45,231 nucleotides of DNA, from the NCBI GenBank assembly GCA_030141605.1, contig JAQGDQ010001350.1:1-45231 (forward strand). Direction: 5' to 3'. The notes under the pieces were generated by a model, which did no database searches, had not been told where the DNA came from, and was given only the letters and a program-made list of their open reading frames with translations. This document shows positions 38,872 through 45,231 of this stretch, piece by piece (within the stretch, counting starts at the first letter, position 1; each line of letters begins with the position of its first letter). A program made the position numbers and the translations under genes. This stretch comes from Tubiluchus corallicola. Its lineage: Eukaryota; Animalia; Priapulida.

Positions 38872-39300
38872 ATGCCTAACAAGTGTGGTGTTGTGAAATG
38901 CAAAGGTAACTATGACACGGAGAACAAGTGTCGTGTGTTCAGACTGCCAAGAGATCATGTAGAAAAACAGAAATGGCCAAGTGTTCTTCCCCCACGCGAA
39001 GTCTTTGTTGTTGATCCATCGAAATTTTTCATTTGCGAAAAGCATTGGCCATCGGATACTCAAATGGTCAAAATTCCAGGTGGTCACACCAGGCCAGTGG
39101 ATCCACCCAGTATTTTCAACGTTCCAACATCATGCTTGCCCACTCCAAAGCCACCACCTCGCCCTCCAAAAACTGAGGACCAGCAGCTGAATTATTTCTT
39201 TAAAAAGGATAAAATAACTTCTCTCAATGAATTCACTCCTGAGAAAGACCTGCATAAGATGTATCAGAACCTCATTATATCACAAGACAGCTATGTGTGA
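38872..39300 (+). CDS. THAP (C2CH) zinc-finger N-terminal part of a P-type transposase, truncated
   Basis: MPNKCGVVKC...FRLP...W...ICEKHW...P matches the THAP pattern. Confidence 0.85.
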   Translation: MPNKCGVVKCKGNYDTENKCRVFRLPRDHVEKQKWPSVLPPREVFVVDPSKFFICEKHWPSDTQMVKIPGGHTRPVDPPSIFNVPTSCLPTPKPPPRPPKTEDQQLNYFFKKDKITSLNEFTPEKDLHKMYQNLIISQDSYV

Positions 39301-39408
39301 TGGCTAAATGTCTACATGGTGGCCCCAGCGTGATGATATCAGTGACCCCCGTTCACAAGCTGACTGCTGCATATCAATTCTCTGTCGTGAAGGAGGCTGC
39401 TACAGTGG

Positions 39409-41316
39409 TTGAGATTATCGTTTGACAAGAAAACTGTTGGCTCATTTGCTGAAGTAAAAAGTCTTTACAAAGCTGAGAAAGACAATGTGCTGAAGTCAAC
39501 ACCTTTGACATATTCTGCAGTCTTCCCATCGAAACTTCAGCTCCAGAATGTGCAACATGTCCTGAGGGTGTTCAACGATCGTGTCGTTGCATCGCTGAGA
39601 CTTCGAGGAGCCCAGGACACTGCAGAATTCATTCAGCAAGTGCTACGCTGGTGGAATGTGGTAAATGTTTCTGCCAGAGGTCAAGACACGAGGATGAGAG
39701 ACCCTGATCGATCTGTTCAACAAGATACATCTGATACTCTTCAATCGTTGTTGACTCTGTTTATATCTCGCACACAAGACAAATTTGTGTGCATGTTCAT
39801 GGAAGAGGACCACAGTCAATGTTATATGTCAATTATTGTTCACAATAAGCCTACCTTGTGTTCCCCTCTTACTCTGTATGCTTTCAAAAATGGGATCAGT
39901 GTGCCGTTAAGTAAAATCCTCAGTCCGAACAATGGGCTGTCCTCTTACTCACAATTTTTCGCGGTTGTGAATTCTGTTGTCAACCACATTCATCATGTTG
40001 ATGATATTGTCAACAAAGTGACAAAGTCTCTTGAACTTGAACTAGCTCAAAATCGAGAACAATCTCCTAGTGTTAATGCTAAAGCCAAGAAGCTCAAATT
40101 TCTAACACGACAGCTTCGACTATTATGTGATAAGACTTTCACAGTGTCTGATTATTGCTTTGCAATAGAGTCATTTCCCCATTGCAATTACGAACAACTG
40201 CGTGACTTTTTACCTAGCAAAAGAAAGCTGCAGTCAGTTATTTCATCGACAGATATTGACAAGGTGCTAGGTAAAACATTTCAGAAAGTAAAAAGCTCTG
40301 AGCAGAAACACTGTATGCTATTGGTCGATGAAGTGAAAATACGCCCAACAGTGGCTTTTTCAGGGGGTGTGCTAAATGGCATGGCAAAAAATGAGCCAGA
40401 CAGTAAAGCTACATCAATGCTATGTGTGATGGCTAAATGTCTATATGGTGGCCCCAGCGTGATGATATCAGTGACCCCCGTTCACAAGCTGACTGCTGCT
40501 TATCAATTCTCTGTCGTGAAGGAGGCGGCTACAGTGGTTGAGAATTCGGAAGGAACTGTTTTAGGGTCCATGACGGACAACCACAAGATCAACCAACAAT
40601 ACTGCAAATTGTTTACCAGACGAACAGACTTGTTTTCTGTTGGATTTCACTACGTATTATTGCGTGAACTTCAGAGTGACAGAATAGAGGGTGAGTTCTC
40701 AGTTTACAGGCAGTCAAGGGGGGCCAATGCATTCATGCAAGCTGGAGATGTCTGTTCAGCATTCAAGCGGAGACTGGTGCGTTTCTCTGCATCATTCCTG
40801 GAGTTTGTGGACACAGACACATCATCCGAAATCCAGTTGCACACATGCAATGGGATTGATTTCGAGGATGCCAAAATTATGGAGATTTGTGTTGACGAGA
40901 CTCTTTCCAAAACTGAACTGAACGCGTGTGCATATGTCGCAGGTTGGTTGGAGAGTAAGTACCAAAATGACATTTCTTTTCCCGAGGATGAGCCTCTCCT
41001 TTCTGAGAAAATGAAAATGTTCATTGAAGAAGTGTCTAGGGGAGGTCTTACAGTGCCCCACACATTCACGTTCGAATTCGTAACAACTGGCTTGTGTTTT
41101 GTGAAGAAGTCAACTCACACAGTCTGCTGCCGCAACAAGCTCATGAACATCCTCTCCATAATCAATGCCTACTTTGATTTTGGAGAATTTTCAAGAAATG
41201 CTCTGAGACGCTTGGCGAATGTACTGCTGCATGGACTACACAATTTGGAGAAGGATCACCAGCAGAACTCAGCCCTTTACCAGACCTCCATTAAGAAGGC
41301 GCGACTAGCCGACTAA
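39409..41316 (+). pseudogene. P-type transposase core, rearranged and internally deleted but in an open frame
   Basis: LLVDEVKI, MTDN and QSDRIEGEFSVYRQ (putative D, D, E), AYVAGW; no ATG start; segments out of order; DxxH motif not seen. Confidence 0.8.
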
Positions 41317-41701
41317 TTGTCGCAAACATCTCTGCAAAATGGTGAGTGCAATAATTTCATGTATTCTAATTTACACAGAGGAACCTATGAATGAGTTTAT
41401 ATAGTCCTGACAAAATGGTGCAGTCTGTTTATTCTCTATAGAAAGTGACAGGTAATCTTCGGGACACAATGAGTTGCAGATATGGTGTGTTTTTTTTTGG
41501 GGGGGGGGGATATCATAGGTACCACTGTTTTTAAATTACTAGATGAATGAGGAATATGTTCTATGTGTATTGTGGCATGCTATAGGTAACCATGGGGGGT
41601 AAATATGTCCAAATTATTAGCACTAAATGTTAAAAATAGATCGCCTCCGCTAGCCGAGTCAGAGATCTGACCGTGCACGTCCTGTTGTATAGTAGTCCTT
41701 G

Positions 41702-41875
41702 ATACATACATACATACATACATACATACATACATACATACATACATACATACATACATACATACATACATACATACATACATACATACATACATACATA
41801 CATACATACATACATACATACATACATACATACATACATACATACATACATGTATATATATACATACATACATGT
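41702..41875 (+). repeat. (TACA)n microsatellite
   Basis: Seen directly; it continues on the other side of the P element at 38432-38449. Confidence 0.98.
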
Positions 41876-42624
41876 ATATAATAATACATAAAGATATACG
41901 GTAAGTAGAAATACGAAAAAGAAAGCTAAGATTACAATAGCAAAAAGCAAAAAGTTTAGCACCTCTTAAAAATAGAAAATGAAAAGGAGTCCAATGAAAA
42001 AAATGTCATAAAAACGGAGTTAATAGAAATCCAGCCGATTTTTCATTACAGACATTTAAAAACAACTTTATTAAAACTTTTAATTTAATTTGCTTTAAAT
42101 AAAATTGTGGTGTTTTAACCATAATTTAAAGCAAAGTGGAAAATTAAAAGCAAATTAAGCAATAATAAATACATTTAACACTGAAAAACAAAATTCGCGA
42201 ACACCATTCATGGCATACCATTTGCACAGATGAGAAAAACGTGTCCAAAACGACGCTTAGATTAGCTATAAACTAATAGGTTCCCACTATGCACATATGT
42301 AAATTTTGTAACTCTTCCTCTGCGTGACACACTGCCTTATTTTAAACGATCTTGGTATAAATGATGTCATTTCCGGTTTGCACTTTATTAGAGCATGGTG
42401 CAGCTTACATCAAAAACACTTCTTCTGAAAACATGTGCGTCAAAATATATTGCCCTTTGTCTATATTATAAATATTATATCTTTATATTATATATTTTTT
42501 ATATTTTATTGGGTAATTACAGTTGCAGTTACAATTCACATAAGACACACACTGATTACAAAGATATAATTACATACACATATAACGCTATGAAATCATG
42601 TACTAAGAAAACAATATTACAAGT

Positions 42625-42794
42625 CTTATATACTTAAATAAAGACTTATTTATATAAGTCTTAAATAAATAAGAAATATATACTTAAATAAGAAATATAC
42701 TTAAATGAATAAGTATAAGTAAGAAATATATATAAGTATATATTTTTACAAGTATATATATATATTATATAGAAGTATATTTATATATAAGTAC

Positions 42795-42836
<42 letters not shown>

Positions 42837-42877
42837 AAGTATATTTATATATAAGTACTATATATATATACACATAT

Positions 42878-42923
<46 letters not shown>

Positions 42924-42940
42924 TATATTTATATATATAC

Positions 42941-42982
<42 letters not shown>
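42625..42982. repeat. (TA)n / AT-rich low-complexity tract
   Basis: Seen directly. Confidence 0.95.
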
Positions 42983-44211
42983 ACAGACCTTGACTTTGCC
43001 TGTTTTCGGACCGACGTGGTACTGCCTTGACTTGCTTGTATGGCCTACGGGTTTTGCTCACGTTTCGAAAATCGTCCCATGTCGCAGAGCGGGAGTTCGG
43101 CAACACACGGACGCATTCGACCGATAACTGAATGGAACATGCTGCAGCAAGTGCGTCTGATTAAATCTAGTAACAAATTATTTCCCGCTTCTTCGCTAAA
43201 AAACTGCTAAAATGAGTTAATGAGCTTTAATAGTTGTCCCTCACTGATCAAGCACCAACAACCCCACCCCCCGTTGCTAATGGAACTGGCCCAGCACTAG
43301 AAACTTATACATTGATACAGTCGATACAGAGACTCGTAGATATGTTGAATTTTTACGTACGGTGCAACGGACTCCATTGTGGTTTTCTAAGAATTTTTGT
43401 TCATGTAGTTCCTCGTTTTACCTTATAAGAGGCCCATAATTTATACTGTAGCTTGTTTGGTATATGACAGTAGGTAACAGGCGTGCGAATACAGTACGAT
43501 AACGGATACGGTTGCGCCGAGTAGTTGAGCTAATTACGTTCGTTACTCAAGTCTAGGAATGTCGTGAAACTGTGACAGAAAGAACTGTGGCGATTGTAAA
43601 GACTGAACTGCACAAAGCTAGGTGCACGAAAACACGCTGCATAGCCTTGCAAATCTAGAACATCAAATTATTTGCAGTTCTAAACACTGGACGCTCCATG
43701 TTGAGTTGTTCGCTTACGGAAAATTTATCGTAATTAAATGCTGATGGTGCGTGCAGACAATGTGATCAATGATAAGCTACTATATTAATTAATATTTCGT
43801 GTTTTTTGCTCGCGAAGTTCGTAACGTTAAAGTTAAACGAAACAATTCAATTGGGGCTTAAACGCGATTCTTGAAAAGTGAAAGCAAACACTAAACCATT
43901 GTCCATTCTGACCGTTGGATTAAGCAGCGCAACTAGCCAGACGTTACCCTGTGGCATCAGAATCTGGAATTGTACGTAAATTTCATCCAGACGTCGATAA
44001 ATCGATGTTAATTTTTTATTTTGTGCATTGTGCACTTTTTCAGTACCAAGTGCTTCGATCGTGTTAGAATCAGGTGTTATAAGATTAAATATAGTGACCC
44101 ACTGCAAGATGAAAGCACACTTCATGACGCCGAGAATTCAGAAGACCGGACCGGTACGACTTGCGTAAGTCTTTTCTTTCCTCGTTTTTCAAATTTTCTT
44201 TTAAAGTTTAA

Positions 44212-44650
44212 CCCTGTCATATCCGTTGTATCCCTCGGGGTACAATAATATTTTCTGCCTTTAAAATTAATAAAATTTTAAAACTGACAGTTATTTGCTC
44301 CGTTAATAGTAAATTGTGATTTAAGTCAATAACAATAGACTAAAAATAGTGATAAAATGGCAAACTAAAAAATCTACGTAGCACAAAGAACTGCGCAAGA
44401 TACAGCACTTTAGAGACGACTTTGTACAGATCAGCATTGCATGCATACTAAATGTCTTAAATACTTTAAAAAATTATCAGCAGTTGCAAAATGAAGCACA
44501 TTTTTTGCTTTTGTTGTGTTTTTAAAAAAGTCCGACTTTGTTTTTTGCATATGACAAAGAATGTCGTGTATCCCACAGGATACATTGGGAACAAAAGTAC
44601 CAAGCCAAAATTTTTTTTCTTATTAAAAAAATAATTTGGGAGTGAAAGGG
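44212..44650 (+). mobile_element. piggyBac-type MITE (family B, copy 3)
   Basis: TTAA flanks; homologous to 5143-5591. Confidence 0.87.
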
Positions 44651-44759
44651 TTAACCTTATTTTTAAACAGCTATATCTACCACTTTTGTTTAATTTTACT
44701 GTTTTATTGAAACGTTGAGAGCTTTAGTATAGGTGTTTGCGAAGACCGCACGTCCATTT

Positions 44760-44988
44760 TTTAAAAATTGTATGTATATATAGCATATAGTCTATTACAA
44801 TTTTCGTGTAATATTATAATGTATACTTTGTTTTAAATTTTTGGCACAGTAGTTTTTAGTTTGCACTGGACGCATTTGCCTTTAACAGTTGTGTGAATTT
44901 TATTCTCATGCTGCGATGTTCTTTTATGCTTTTATAGTTATGAGTATCGTTTTTTATAGCAAATAAAGATTTATTATATATATATATA

Positions 44989-45020
<32 letters not shown>
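44760..45020 (+). mobile_element. 3' UTR fragment related to the LINE at 20738-24270
   Basis: Matches ~24050-24205 (GTGTAATATTATAATGTATA...AGTAGTTTTTAGTTTGCACTGG); ends in AATAAA plus TA/TTA repeats. Confidence 0.75.
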
Positions 45021-45048
<28 letters not shown>

Positions 45049-45231
45049 GTGGCGTCACTAAATGGGGCGTCAATCGCCTTTCTCCAACTAGACCTAATAT
45101 ATATAATTTTTTGTAGAGCTAAACAGAGCTAATGTACGTATGCTTTGTGTTATGTTTTAACTTAAACGTGGAGGTAGGTAAGATCACTAATCAGTCACTG
45201 TAGCTTTAGGCTACAAAGAATTGGACAATTT

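Larger units (their letters stand above)
38450..41701 (+). mobile_element. P-superfamily (THAP) DNA transposon, 3252 bp, ~62-bp TIRs, 8-bp TSD ATACATAC
   Basis: TIR CAAGGACTACTATAC(A)ACAGGACGTGCAC...GCGGAGGCGATC at 38450-38511, inverted at ~41639-41701; CA...TG ends; THAP plus DDE motifs inside. Confidence 0.93.

Noticed and set aside
41580-43106. MYVC / IHTY / YI repeat ORFs
   Set aside because: Translations of (TACA)n and (TA)n tracts.

Overview
AT-rich, repeat-dense eukaryotic (probably invertebrate animal) genomic DNA. It holds two host genes in head-to-head orientation. One is a 7-coding-exon SLC35A3/A2-like nucleotide-sugar transporter on the minus strand (join 16627-16432, 15218-15070, 12202-12080, 9129-8958, 7600-7482, 4971-4838, 3750-3615; 342 aa; one GC-AG intron). 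The other is a CDPF1 gene with an uninterrupted CDS on the plus strand (19273-19623). The rest is mostly transposon-derived: a degraded single-ORF L2/CR1-group LINE with an N-terminal 2A-like motif, a P-superfamily THAP transposon with TIRs, an 8-bp TSD and a scrambled transposase, a BEL/Pao remnant with a tRNA-Tyr PBS, many MITEs (hAT, piggyBac, Kolobok-like, Tc1/Tigger-like), and mini/microsatellites. The most notable item is a 410-bp non-autonomous RTE derivative with a 17-bp TSD whose 5' end is a twister-ribozyme-like motif starting at the expected cleavage site. All calls were made by eye; no database searches were run.
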